Of a DNA stretch of 64,000 nucleotides, positions 29,018 through 42,700 are shown piece after piece. The notes under the pieces are model-generated. The model had not been told where the DNA came from, ran no database searches, and saw only the letters and a program-made list of their open reading frames with translations. Position numbers and translations under genes: made by a program. Every line of letters begins with the position of its first letter. Within the stretch, counting starts at the first letter, position 1. Source of the stretch: Balanoglossus misakiensis (Eukaryota; Animalia; Hemichordata); contig CM082580.2 in NCBI GenBank assembly GCA_040954595.2, forward strand, positions 2,904,783-2,968,782, in the 5' to 3' direction.

Positions 29018-30497
29018 GTCAACCATTACCCCTATTCCAATACCATTGTATGTATAGCCTTTCTGAAATTCCTGTCAGTGAGTTTTTTTGAAACGCAATG
29101 TCACAACGACGTCCATCCAACAGTAGTATGCAAATGTAGAAGAATCACTGAATAGAATGTTGTTTGTATACATTTGAACTTGATCAGTCCCCTTGCCCAT
29201 CACTAAAATCAGAGAATAGGAAACCATGCTCATTGTTATGGATGTTAATTAGGCTATATGTAGAATGAGAAAGTACTTGAATATAGAAAGAAATTCATTT
29301 ATTTTTATATGGCAATAATGGGTGGCAGACAACATGCAACTGTATGTGGAGAAACTGCTATCAATTTAGCTGGGAACATTTATTGTATCTTCAGTGATGG
29401 CTCATTATACTTAATCGTAGCGAGAGTCCATTCCTTGTGCTACCTGTGAGATTGAGTGCATCAGCCACATACAGGAGGCATTCCCACTCAACTGAAAGCA
29501 TTATGTTGATGTAAAACCTTATTCTTCAGCAGTTTAGCTTAATTCGGTATAATATGGTGTAAATTTACCATCCATTTATACCACCACCAGCAAAAGCCAG
29601 TGGCCTTGCCTCATTGGAGAGAAGTAACACCTCTATTCAAAGTATCCATGTTGTCAAACAACCTTTACAAGCAAAGAGAGCATTTTCTCACTATTATTGG
29701 AGTTAACAACCCTACAATCTGTATTTTTGGAAATCTAGGATGTTGGGCAACTTAATTGCATAAAATTTTGTTACAAGTCCTTGTCAACACAAGCGTCATG
29801 TGACCAATATTTTACAAACCCTGTCAGAAGTTATTTTTCCTTGTTTATTACAGATTAAGCTTTTAAGAGTGTGAGGTTTCTTTTGCCAGCCTCTGTTATT
29901 TTTCATGATGCAGCTACTTTTTCTAAGTAAAAGCTCAGTCAAAAATATTAAGATGCTGATAACTGAAAAATGAAACAATATTCTGAGACTAAAAATATTT
30001 AATTTGAAAATCTTTAATTTATTCATGTTGCTAAAACCAGCCAGTGTTCTCCCAGGAATTCAGAAAAAGTATGTGTGTAAGTTTTTTTTATTAAATCATG
30101 ACATCGCTATGTACATTCATCGCTTAGTTTGTAAATATTTAGGCTTTCCAACAATTTATCCATTGTACAAGGTCCATATTCATTTTTGGTATTCACCCAA
30201 CGTCCCCTAATACAACGATAACAATAAAATTTGACACAAAGGGATTCTGTAAGTATGCATTTGCCCCTAAAACATATGGGATATTAATTACGCTTTAATT
30301 AATTACTACCACACTAATTTTTTGAGATAATATTCAAATAAGATTTGAAACTAAAATTCAAATAAATGGTGCCAGGTGTGATCTTTTCTTTTGCCCACAA
30401 AATCTCCACTTTATCCGTTTTCCAAATTTTTTCCCCCAATATCCACCTTCACATGAAAATCCTGACTAGCATGTGTCAACCCCAACTCTCCTTACAG

Positions 30498-30749
30498 TAA
30501 CCAAGAAAGTGTGAGTGACATGCATGGAAGCCAATGGGCCCATCAACATTCGGCCTCATCCACACTGACATCTCCATCATCATCCGTTACTTCCTTGAAC
30601 TTTCCTGATCCATTAAACACTCCCAAAGTGGTCTCCGGACAAACGCCCATTCCAGTCAACCCAGGTTATGTACAAGGTTCTGTGGATGGGTGGCACACAG
30701 TCCCATCGAGGCATCACCACAAGTCGACCAGTGGCTCCAGCGACTCCAT
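30498..30749 (+). CDS. KIF5: Candidate Ser/Pro/His-rich cassette exon of the kinesin-1 tail (84 codons, phase 2-2)
   Basis: Acceptor CTCTCCTTACAG ends at 30497. The exon is open in the frame carried over from donor TC|GTAAGT at 29013/14. Donor is AT|GTTAGT. Length is 252 nt, so it preserves frame. Confidence 0.6.
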
Positions 30750-32810
30750 GTTAGTTAACAGGATTATTTTTTGTTGACTATCCTTGTAAATTCCCTCTCG
30801 TAAAAATTTCACAAGCTACTAATTTTAATTCAACGATTAACAGTAGTAGTTCACTAACAATAACACTTAACCCAACCCATTTGACCCTTAAAGCGCCCAA
30901 GCACTTAGGTAGCTGTTGACACCACCCCTCCATTCACGACTTTCTGAGTGGCACATGATATTCCTATGCGCTGCAAATCAGTCTACTACAGAACAGGTCA
31001 ACAGGTCTGCATCATTTCCAGCTTTTTATCATGTGGATTAAAAACTGGAAACAAAGATGATCTCATGACCTAGTCAATCAATTGGTCAATCATTTTAACT
31101 TTGATCGCTTGTATGATTGGAAATTACTCTGATCCTGTAACATGCAAAAGTTTGTGCGACAGCATCACATTTTGTTGCAGATTGGAAGATGTGGTACTTG
31201 TTAATTTTTGTTATGGTTTGAGTCAGATTTGACCTGAGACATCATGTGAGATGGTTTGGTTTGCACGGACATGTTCTGTTATATTTTGGGGTTTCCTTGC
31301 ATTCATGAAACTTTTCAGTTCCTGCAGTTCCTCAAACAGAAGTTACAATACTGTAGACAATTAACAAATTTGTGTTTATACTCAGTAGGGCTTTATAACC
31401 TGTGAAAAACAGTGAGATTTGATGCAATTGTAAGCGGGTTCAAACTGCCAAGCTGTGTCTGACTATGTCAAATTCTGCATATGAGCCACGGCAAGATGTT
31501 CGAAATAGGTTGAAGTGGAAAAAAAGAGCCAATATCGCATTTAACTACTTGGCAAGAAGAGGGTTAATGTTTACATGTCAACCAGAGGGTTCATCACAGC
31601 TGAACATATGCAGTTAGCTTCGATATCAATTACAGTGGCCATCATACACCAATCAAGCGATCACCATCCCAAAAATTACTCTATCAGGGGTGCTATCACT
31701 TGATTCCCAGAATTTGTGAATTTATAATGTGTTAAACATTTTCTAAATATTTGTTTTGACACTATGATAATGTGGTGTGACTTTTTGTCTCACCCGCCCA
31801 TCATGTTGTCAATACATACACAAGATTGGCAAAGAGAGCCAGGTGCAAATGTCAATGTATACAATTGACAATGGCGCTTTGAGGGTTGATTCTCCCTGTT
31901 ATTTCTCTCTTGATTTGCATGCACCTTAATTTATTCACCATAATTAATTTATTCTAACTTGACTGTTTGTTGTTTGTCCAGGTTGTAATTGAAGTGTCTA
32001 AATCTAACTTCTGTTTATCTTTCTCTCGTGCAGAAAAGAAGTTGCTATGTTTTCGTAGATGGTATTGCTTTATTTGATGGATATAGCAATAAGATCTACA
32101 GGGTTATCTTTTTTTCAGCAAAACAAGTATCTAGAATTTTTCCAATTGGAAGGAATTTTTGTGTGTATTTTATTTGTGTCTATATATGTCACCAGTAAAG
32201 CGAGCGGCCAAAACTATTTGACAGCAACGCCCTCTACACTTTCACACCAAGGTTGACTCAAATCAACTCGGTGACCAAGTTCCTCACATGCCATTGTGGA
32301 CTTTAGTCAACAAAACACACATCTCATTACAGAGGCTGATGGAAGTGTACCCTAAATTAATTTCAACATATCTTGTTGTTATTGTCACTGCTTGATTGCC
32401 TGATATATTTTGAGGGAACTCAACAAACATATTTGAGTCAATTTGAGGATTGCTTAATATTATTCTGATTCAGCTCTCTACCATTGCATGTAGTGTGGAT
32501 GATTTCCTTGAGTCACCAGTGAGTTTGTTGAGTCAGTGGTGCGTCATATTGGCATAGTGGGCACACTGGAACTCAGACCATCATCTTTGTACAGGCTGAT
32601 TCTTCTCTTGTCATGGTTCTTTGCGAGTCTCAAAACAGACAAAAAATTCTGACAAGATGTGTTGAATTTTTTGCCCTTGACAGTTGTTACAGTGAGTGTA
32701 GCATGAAACTCTGAGTAGTGACCAAGTCTTGCTTATCCCAAAAATGCCATGGTAGTAATACAATGTACAGACCATCTCTGTAACTTTTCCGTATCCTTTT
32801 CCACACATAG

Positions 32811-32972
32811 AGATCATGAAACTAACATTGATTCTGATCATCTTTACAGGAGGAGCGCTGGAACTCTGAATGACCTGAACAGTGGTGAAAATGATCAAAA
32901 TGAAAGACGAAAGAAGTTGCCCAATGTACCATCATTCCCAAACACTGGTATGTTTACCCTTCTAACCTGTAT

Positions 32973-33007
<35 letters not shown>

Positions 33008-34010
33008 ACCACCCACCCTACCAACCAAAAAACTAACCAATAAACACCATTGTATGTATGTGTGGCAACACACAAACAAGGTTAGCTCACAGAAGTTGAT
33101 GAGAAAAATCTAAAAGAAGACAGTAACAATGCAGTAGTGAAATATTGAGGTTGCATGATGGGAGTGAGTGTTGTTTTGGGGGGAAATGGGAGCTGGTAAT
33201 TATAGGAGAAATGGCTATTTGTTGACATGGCTAGGTAACCAGCTCTTATCCGTACCTCTATGCAAACCTATTGATAGTTGTGCTGTTATGAGAGGACATA
33301 TTCTCATCAAGGGGGACACCCACGCTGCGCGGCGACCCCTTCCGTTTAAGCTTATAACAAGATTCCCAGTAGTTTCCCCAAAATATAGAAAGTTTGGTGT
33401 GTGATGAGAGCAGTACCATTGTTGTATAATTCCATATGTTTACAATGTTCAAGTTGAACTGTGATTTGTATTTGGCAGGCAAACTGACTGAAGCCGACAT
33501 CTCAGCAATGAAAGCCCGCAGTAAGAAGAGTTCCAGTGGAGGAACTAGAAAACTACCAGTTACTGGAGATGGAGTAGCACTTATGGCTAAAGGTGCTCAA
33601 AAGTTTCATATGTTGTAATCATTGTACACTTCTGTGCTGTCGTATCACAATCTGTGGGTTCGCTCCAGAGAAAGAAATGAATCAAGAGCTTTCAAAGATG
33701 TAAAAATGGTCTAAAGATAATCCTGTTGTGTTTCAGGGTTACACTGCTAAAAGTGTTCTTGCCATCACTGTTGTTCTCATAAGAGGGTGATATCTTCGCA
33801 AAGAAATTTGGTCCTTAGAATGTAGCTCAGGTCATGACAATTGGTATAGCATTGTCAAAGTCGCTTTTTTTGCACCTTTACAGGTATAGCTCAATGCATT
33901 CACTGTTATGAGGAATGTCATTTGCTTGAGGTGTTGAAATCTTCATGAATAACAATCTCGATTTTCTTTTCATCTTTTTTTCAGGCCCAGAACAAGAAGC
34001 CAGAAGTTAG
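32811..34010 (+). CDS. KIF5: Candidate distal kinesin-1 tail exons 32811-32947, 33479-33592 and 33985-34010 (..KKLPNVPSFPNTGKLTEADISAMKARSKK..GPEQEARS*)
   Basis: Three exons with pyrimidine-rich AG acceptors and matching phases (2-1, 1-1, 1-stop TAG 34008-34010). The donor at 33593 (G|GTGCTC) is weak. Without it the frame ends at 33618. Confidence 0.72.
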
Positions 34011-37000
34011 ATCTGAGGAAGATTCAAAGTTTAGATGCTTGTCAGCTAAGACTGATACTGTTACATCCATCTATTCACTAGATCAAGATTTTGACTTTTA
34101 CATCACCAATGTGTATCACAGTGTAGTAACAGTAGAATGAAACAATTTACAAATCGTGATTGCATTTTTTATGACAAATTTGGAGTCATGGGTCAGCTTA
34201 GTTTGTGGGTAAAATAACTGTGTGAAATAGATTGAACTTTTTTCTGTATGAAAAAAAAACAATACTTTAAAAAAATTAATTTTTCATAAGAGATTGGCAC
34301 ATCTTTAAGATGTAATACAATCTTTCCAAATCGATTCAATAAATGAATATACTAAAACTTTAGAAGATTATCTGTAAGTGAAGGCATACTGGGTTTACCC
34401 AATTTGACCCCACACATACAATAATTTATAGTTTGAACACAAAGGTGTTTAGTGTGCGCAACATTTCACAAATTTTAGAGTCTCCCTACAACAGACTACC
34501 ATTGATGTTTTCTGCAATGCCTTTGACTGTTGGACAATATTCTACATCAATGACTTCAAAATCCGCATCAAATACAATGTGTTTCAATACTACTTGCATT
34601 TCCTTATATTAACATTTGATTGTTCTTTTCTCATATATATGCTACGAAATCTTCCTATTTTTTATTTTTCTGTAAAGAAAAGCACACACATATTTACAGG
34701 TCATATGTTGTAGCTCAGATCAGAAATTGTATATTTTCAAAGCAAATATTTTGTTTTCTCTTTCCCCAGGAAGTGATTGAAGGCGGTGCTTTTTACTCCT
34801 ATGCTTTTATTTATATGCCAATTTTGTACATTATCTGTTAGGGATGTTGATAATACTATTCGCAGAAATCTGTTTTTTTTTTGCAGAGTATAAGATAAGA
34901 TTAATAGTTATTAGTAAGTTAAATTACCAGGCAAGTTTTTAATTTTTGAGGGCTTCAAACTTGCAAGAGATATTTAGGGGCAACAGCTGATAGAACAAGA
35001 ATATGCATATTTAGCTTCCTGTGTTGTAGCAGTGACTGTTAGTCTGTCTATCTTTGTGAACAATATCTCAAGAATGGTTGATCCAATTTGAACCAAATTT
35101 GGTACAGTGTTGAAAGTGGCAACAACCGATTGTAATGATTTTGGTGGATGTGGCTTGGATATCAATGAAGTTATGAGTTTTTCTGACAATAGTTGGCTAT
35201 TGATATCTCAATTGAATTACTGCAAAAGTTCGATGAAACTATGAATCCCAGTGTTATGACACTAAATTCTATGAAACTTGCTAGAGGTACTATCCTCACA
35301 TAGATTACACTGTACACAAGAGACTCTTCAGTTTAAAGTAAATTAAATGCTAATTTGCATGTTTAGTAATGAACATTTGTAATGGGCTATATATTTCTGA
35401 AAGTCTGGGGTTGAATCCTGTAATTTACAAGTGGATGCAGGTTCCTTGGGGGTGACCTACATAAGATATGTTTAAATTATATTGATATTTGTATTTTGGG
35501 GACAGTTTTTGCCATTTTTACTCCAAAATCGTCTCGTCCTATTTTCTCTTGGAATCCACTTCCCCTGACAACATGACACTCTGTCTGTTTGACTGTCTGC
35601 TTAAGGAAAAAGACTTGATCATCTGCTCAGTTTACTGTTATTTCTAATATATTCAAATTCTTTAACAAATATTTCCCATATATGTTATGCCAAATAACAC
35701 AACAGCTCTATCGGTAACCTTTCTTTTTAAATCTGTTTTATTGAAGAGTTTTAGTGTTCGAGTGTGGTCATTTATGACTTTTAACCAGTATCTTGGATTG
35801 CATTGTGTCTATTGATGCTCTAGTAATAATTATAGATGATTATTATTATTATTATTTTTAGACCCATGAATTTATCATTTGGACTCCTCATGTTTTACCG
35901 TCATGGAAATTGAATTGAACGATTGCACGCTATAGGTTATGTCATTAGGTGACTAATAATAATGATAATAATAATAATAAATACATGTACTATTATTACT
36001 AGTGTCACATCAATTGACATTTTATTTGCATATTCAATTGGGCTTTGAACTAGCTGCAGAAAAATTTGTTGAAAACTTGCCTACCAGAATAAGATCGTAT
36101 AGTCACTGTACTGGTTCATATGTGCAAATTACATTTACACATACCAAGTCTAACCATGAGAACATGTTCAGTTAAACTTTTGTTTTTTTCCCCCGATGTG
36201 TGCCACTTAAACTTTTTATTTCACGCAATGTTTATTTCTTTGTCGCAAGCAGATTTCAACTTTGACACCAATGCGTCTAATGGCATTGAAACCACAGCAG
36301 TCGTTTCTTCCAAATATCTGTTGTAATTATTTTTCCTCATTGTGAAGCAAAACATGTTCCTGGGCCACACTCAGAATAACTGAGGCCCTTGATCATGTGT
36401 ATGTAATGTCGGTTACATTTGTAGAGTAGTGATCCCGTCATTGACGGCATGTGAAACGATCTCCATGAATTTTCTGGAATTTATGTACATTAAGTGTCTT
36501 TCCCCCAGAGTAGAATCCCTTCCACTTTGCACATGGTGTCAATGTGGCAAACTACTTCATTTTATTCACAGTTTCACACCACAATGTAATGGACACTTAG
36601 TCACCGGTAATTTATTTTTTTGAATTTAACATGAAATGCATAATAGTCATTGGCTTTTAATGCTCTACACCTAATAACACTTTTCCTCAGAAAAAAAAAC
36701 TGTGTTGGACCTTATATTACAGTCATTGTTAATGTGTGGTTTAAGAGACACTATAGCATGGATCATTGTGAGGATGGTTAATTGCAGTGATGTTAATTAA
36801 AACAGAGATGTTACTTTTTAAGCAGTTCTGAGGAAGAGACAAGACAACACAGGAACGTGAGGAACCAATGCCTCCATTCCAATGTAACTATCACAATATA
36901 GCTTAAAACAAAATGATAAACTGTATGTTTGTAATTTGATGTAGTAAACTTGAAACGAAAAGAGCGGACTTATTAATACTGCCATTTCTTCGTCCATCTG

Positions 37001-37370
37001 TCACTTTGTTTGATTCAAAACCTCGTGTCACTCCACTAGAAGTTGAAATTTTCTATTTGTGTATCTTGTCCATGTTATAAATTAATATGTGTGAGTTATA
37101 CAGGGGTTTCTACAGTCTCGTCATGATATAAACACTCTCAGCTGCTGAGTTGTCCTGTCATTTGCCACATGCTACGCTAATCTGATTGTATGTCTATAAA
37201 AAAAAAGAGGAAAAAAATACTGTCTCTTGATCTTGTGACTCTGATGTTAATAGTGTTTCATGTTTCAGTCCCACATCAAGTAAGATATCCATGTTCTGTG
37301 GCTGAGTGTAGATTTCTGAGAATTCTTGTCACAACATGTCTGTAATGTTACCTAATTACAAAGTGCTTCA

Positions 37371-37376
37371 AATAAA
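37371..37376 (+). terminator. Possible distal polyadenylation signal of KIF5
   Basis: AATAAA followed by a strongly GT/T-rich tract (37395-37460). A proximal AATAAA is at 34338. Confidence 0.4.
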
Positions 37377-37543
37377 GATTATGAATACAAATGTATTGTT
37401 TGTTGGGTATTTTGTTTGTTTGGTGGTGGTTGTTGTTGTTTTTTGTTTTTTGTTTTTTTCTTTGAGGTATGGAAATGTTTGCTGTGACCACATCTGTGAG
37501 AAGAAAAGGCCTCTTTGAAAGTTAGGATAAAGAATTTATTTAA

Positions 37544-37733
37544 AGGTGTATATACGGTCACCTATGGAAGTTTAGCTACAGTTAACATGCTAAACTTGAG
37601 ATCTAGCCAATCACGGATTTTCAGTAGGTGGCACACACGAAAAAAAGAGCGCCACCATATGTTCTTTAGAACGCCCAAATACGCTATTTCAGCCATATAT
37701 GGGCGGATGTAAATTGGAGGTGACTGTATACCT
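37544..37733. mobile_element. Family C MITE copy between the convergent KIF5 and BTB 3' ends
   Basis: Reverse complement of 24209-24393 with TTAA flanks. Confidence 0.85.
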
Positions 37734-38877
37734 TTAAGGTAGATGACTACCCAGATGCAGTGTATGGTTATCTTATTCCATAATCTTATTTTGAAAAGAA
37801 AAACACTTGCAATATAATTTTCTTGAAATTTTCAGAAAAGGTGCTAAATAAGAAGCTTTATTAATGATATAAAGAAAACACTATGTCACAATGCTTGGTT
37901 GTTTGATAGAGCTGTTCACAATATGAAAATTATAGCATGAATATAAACAATGTAGAAGCTTTATTTTAGAATACTTCACATTCACTGCACAGTATCAATA
38001 TCATACATGCATACCTATAAAACAGTACGATTTGCGAAAATTTGTCAAGAAAAATGATTGATTTTGTGATTGATTATATTAATATGACAGGAGTGACATT
38101 GGGGACCATAATAATAAGATAGGTGTGGCGTTGGGCAATCATGGCTTTTTTGTCACGATTATAGTGTTCCTTTACAGTTATTTACAACATCGACAAACAA
38201 CAGCAAGGAATGCCACATTGATTTTTTTAAATAATATCTATCATCAACATCATCATCATCATCATTAACATGAACAACAAAATTTCCCTGTGGGCCTACA
38301 TGAAGAAATGTACAGAATAAAGATGTCTGTTTGTGCTGCAGCCAAACTAATGTATATATTGACGATAAATTCCACGTTGTGTGCTACAGAACACATATTG
38401 ACTGACTTTATTCTGGCAACAACATGGCGCGCATTTTTCTTTGCCCCATTAGTCTCCCCATAGACCCTAGAGTCTATGGTCTCCGCACCACATTGACATC
38501 TGTAATATCTGCCACTTGGGCGACACTGGAGCAGAGATGCTCCTGAACATTGGAGCACAGTTGCTTGGGAATAGCTACACACGGCCATGCTCCTATGACT
38601 ATATAATAGACTATTCGAAGTCATGGGAGCAATCGATCGCCGTGATTCAATTCCCGCGAGCTACTGTGCTCCAATGTTCAGGTTTTGAGATGCAGTGTCA
38701 ATGATCGATGCAATACATCTTTTCCAGATATTATTTGTCGGTTATTGCACAAGTATATAAAGATATATGAAATCTTATGTTTCGACTTGAAAATGACATC
38801 ACATTGACAACAGCTCCATTTTGAAGGGGAATGCTTCATGTGAAACGTCCTGTGAATTTCTTGACCAATACACTTAA

Positions 38878-39381
38878 AGGCACGTAAGCTGCAACTGGAT
38901 AAAAAATTAAAGTTTTAAATAATCTCATATATGCTTTTAATTATGTCTATTAAATGATATTTCATGATAATATATCAAGATCAACACTTATTTATGACAA
39001 AATGGCCAAAAATTAAAGAAAAACGAAAATTCCTGCAATTTTAAAAAAAGTGCAATATTGCAATGAAAAATGAAAATCTGATGTCTCAGTGGTGTACATT
39101 TACTTCCATGAGCTCAAGTGGATGAGATCATGTTTTGTTTATGAAGTTTCACAACCGGAAATGCAACATTTTCCTTGTTTCTTGCATTTTCCCACGGTGG
39201 CGGCCATAATCGTTTGCGGCAAAGGTTTATTATTTATCTGGTTAAAACTGGCATATGCACTCATATTTAGAGTGTATAATGCTTGTGTATTGTTCACTAC
39301 CTTCATCTGCATGGACTAATGGTAGTGCAGTTTGTAACAAAAATTATGAAAATTATCCCAAAAGTTACAGCTTACGTGCCT
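38878..39381. mobile_element. 504-bp TTAA-flanked Kolobok-type element in the BTB gene 3' region
   Basis: TIRs AGGCACGTAAGCTGCAACT / AGTTACAGCTTACGTGCCT with TTAA flanks. Confidence 0.8.
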
Positions 39382-39738
39382 TTAATGCCAAAGGTGTATT
39401 GGAGAGAATTGTGTTGAAAGTTATTATTCGCACAGATGTTGGCCTATACATTTTAATCTGTTGCTACAGAATATTGTGAAAGAGATAGTACGAAAAAAAG
39501 GCTGACGGCTTCCCTTTGACATATTCCATAATTTACCTACTGGTAATAATACTGCTTTACAGTAGGACAGGTATCCATCATGCTAAAGCATATTTTTCAT
39601 TTGACGGTATTTCTGGCAGACGTCATAATTTATGGCGTTATATCGAGTCCGACAGTTCATCTCAACATATCACCAAATAATTGGAATTAGAATAGAATGA
39701 ATTTTCAGCTGTCGATAAAATGCTTATTTGACAAATTT

Positions 39739-42700
39739 TCATTTAATGACCCCGTCTGAAATGCTTTCCACACTTGATCTGCTGACGTCTGTCTGATCCG
39801 AGCCCAATGAGCTGAGAGTTTCTATACTGCAAAGATGGCTGCCAACGTCTGAGTCGTTCGATGATACTCTGTCTCGCTGATATATGTTGCTCAGGGCCAG
39901 GTGTATTCGTGACGGCGAAGAAAATATCTGCGGATCGACGCTAGAAGGATCCGCTTGAAATGCAAGCGCCGCCATTAGTTTCTGATCGGGCACAGCTCCG
40001 CAAGAACGCACTTCCCGCATCAGGGAAAGTGTTGGAATGTGTTGAAAGGAGATGAGCTCCAGAAATGGGACCATGGCTTGTTTCAGAGATATCATTGGAG
40101 TCTTCTGACAGTGTCTTATAGCCCATGAGATAGCTGCACGAAATTTCGAGAGTTCATCGGCACGAAGCTCCTCCCGCGATAGCACCAGTCGAACAACATG
40201 TTCCGGTAACGTAGCAAATGCTGGCAGGTTTAACACTTCATCGCCATTCTCGTCAACGAATTCCAATACCTGTAATCAAAAAAATGTATGAGGTTCTACT
40301 GATAATTATGAAAGAAGGGGAAAGACGCTGCAAGTATCATGTAAAAGATTCAGTATATCCTCAGTTGTACCATGCGTACATAGGGGAACGATCACACTTC
40401 AACCAGATCGGCATAAGTTTATTACTGGATTTATTAAGGAATTCCACTGGTGGTATTACTTGACACACCAAACCTCGAACATAAAAGGGTGGGGGACTAC
40501 GTACCCGGAGGAAATTTGTGGGTTTTATATATATATATATCTTTTACATTATGTAGAGCCTCTAGATAGCACTGCAAACTGTAATGTTGTAATTTTCTTT
40601 AAAATTTAAGAAAAGGTGCCGTAAGAGGCGCTTTATCCGTTACGAAGGAAACTATGTCACTGTCACAGGTTAGTTACGACACTGAGTTTCACACTGTGGT
40701 GATCATCAGAAAACTAAGCTGAGTTCTCTCTTATACTACATTGTGTACAACTTACCCTTTGAACAAGTGATTTGGTTGCCTTGTACTGGATGTATTTTTC
40801 CGCTGAGCTAAGTAGAGCACAAACGTTGTCAATATTGATACAGCAATGCATAAATCCTATACAGGCACGACGTAGATCTTCAAGACCATAGTAGTCAGCA
40901 GCATTCATCAATCCTATATGAGACAGTCATATGCATGTTAATACAAAACAATTCAAAGTTCAAAGGAGCTGAATTGTTTATGTCCGGTTTGAGACTGTTG
41001 CATGGCAACTGCTTCAAACAACGATTACACGGCACGCAAATTCACCAAACAACCACCTGTTTGGCATAATGGCCAAAATGAAAGCTTCCGGTTGTTGTTG
41101 GCCTGTCTTCAGCATTTTACATTTCAAATTTATGGTTAACTTAGAGACCGGAAGTAATTATGGGAAAGGTATCAATTAGGCACCTGTTGTTCGAGACGCA
41201 GCGTAAGCTGGGATAGGCCAGTCAGGCAAGCATTAAAGGTCTCATGCCATGCCCTATACAACCACGCGTAAACTCACTACTTGGGTCTTGAAGTTAACGT
41301 ATGTTACTATCTTGCAATGCGTTTTGCCCCTTGTGCTTAGATAACAAGCAAGTAAAAGTGGCGGGTGGGCGTGTACCCCTAACCCAACTCAGTCGATTTT
41401 TTTCGGCTTTTCGAAGTTAAGCCGAAGACTTATCTTGATGTGGACAAATAGTCTTTCACACCTTTGTAAATCCTCTGCCTGCAATGTGAGGCAAGGGCTT
41501 CCTTTGCTTTGAACACTGTTTATATAGCTTGTCTTTGTCTGTGGACTTAATTACTCATGGACCGATAATTACACTTTACTGTAAACAGAATGGTACACTA
41601 CGACGTAGTGTACTTGTTTGTCCATATGCAAATACCTTCGCCTGGCTCGAGTGCGAAGTGGCTCCCCGATCACAGGCATGAAAAAAGGGGGCAAATTCCG
41701 GCATTCGCGCACATTTTTCGGAACCGACACAATAGGCAATGCATAGACAGGTACCCTAGGTGAGCTTTTGACGTGGAAAAATGAAAACTTTCCAAAGCAT
41801 GACATTAGACCTTTAAGCCAAAATATGCAAAAATGTAGTTCAGAAGTTGCCATGGTTATTCGATTGAGCTTACCTAACAACGTTCTTGCCTGTAACGTTA
41901 CACATCCCGTGTGAATATATTCGATGAGCTGTCGGAACACATCGGAATCAAACTCCTTGACCACTATAGTCCTTGGATTGTTATTGGAAGTGAAGTGGAG
42001 ATTGGGTAATGAATCACTTCGCTTAGTGAACATACGCATGCTCAGTTTGAGATCAGCGGCTGTGGATCTCTTCTTCACAGATGATGCTGAAGGCATACAC
42101 AGCATCTTGTGGAAAACTCTGCAGACGAAACGAAGCTGCTTAATGAAAACGCAATATCGTACAGAATGAGAGACAGAGACTAAATGACCCGAAGTATTGA
42201 TTACTAGTATCTCAGTTCAAAATTTAGCGCATAATGATAATGTAAGACTGCAAAATGAGCATACCAAAAGAAATTGACCTCATTTTGTAGGCCCTTTTAT
42301 AATTTGCATATTACATGATACCAACATCTGTTTTTGAATATATAAAAAGCTACAACACCTTTGGAGTGCGTTGCCACTTCACATTTCTGACCTGTGTCTG
42401 AGGCTGTCTGTCTTACAATAATTTGTGCGGTTATAAACGGTAAGGATCGATACTTACCTACTTCTGGCTGCAAGAATAGATTTGACAGCACATACTGGTT
42501 CTTTATTCTCTCCAACCAAAAACGTGACGTCACAGAGCTCTGGCATACTTGCTAGAAACCTCAAGTCTTCCGAGAGGCCACATTTGTTTTCGAACCGCGA
42601 AGAGTTTAGACATTCGCTTCCTTCGTGTTGAATGTTGGACATCATGAATCCTTCAATGTGATCTACCAATGCATAAGACAAAATGAAAACGAATCTAATT

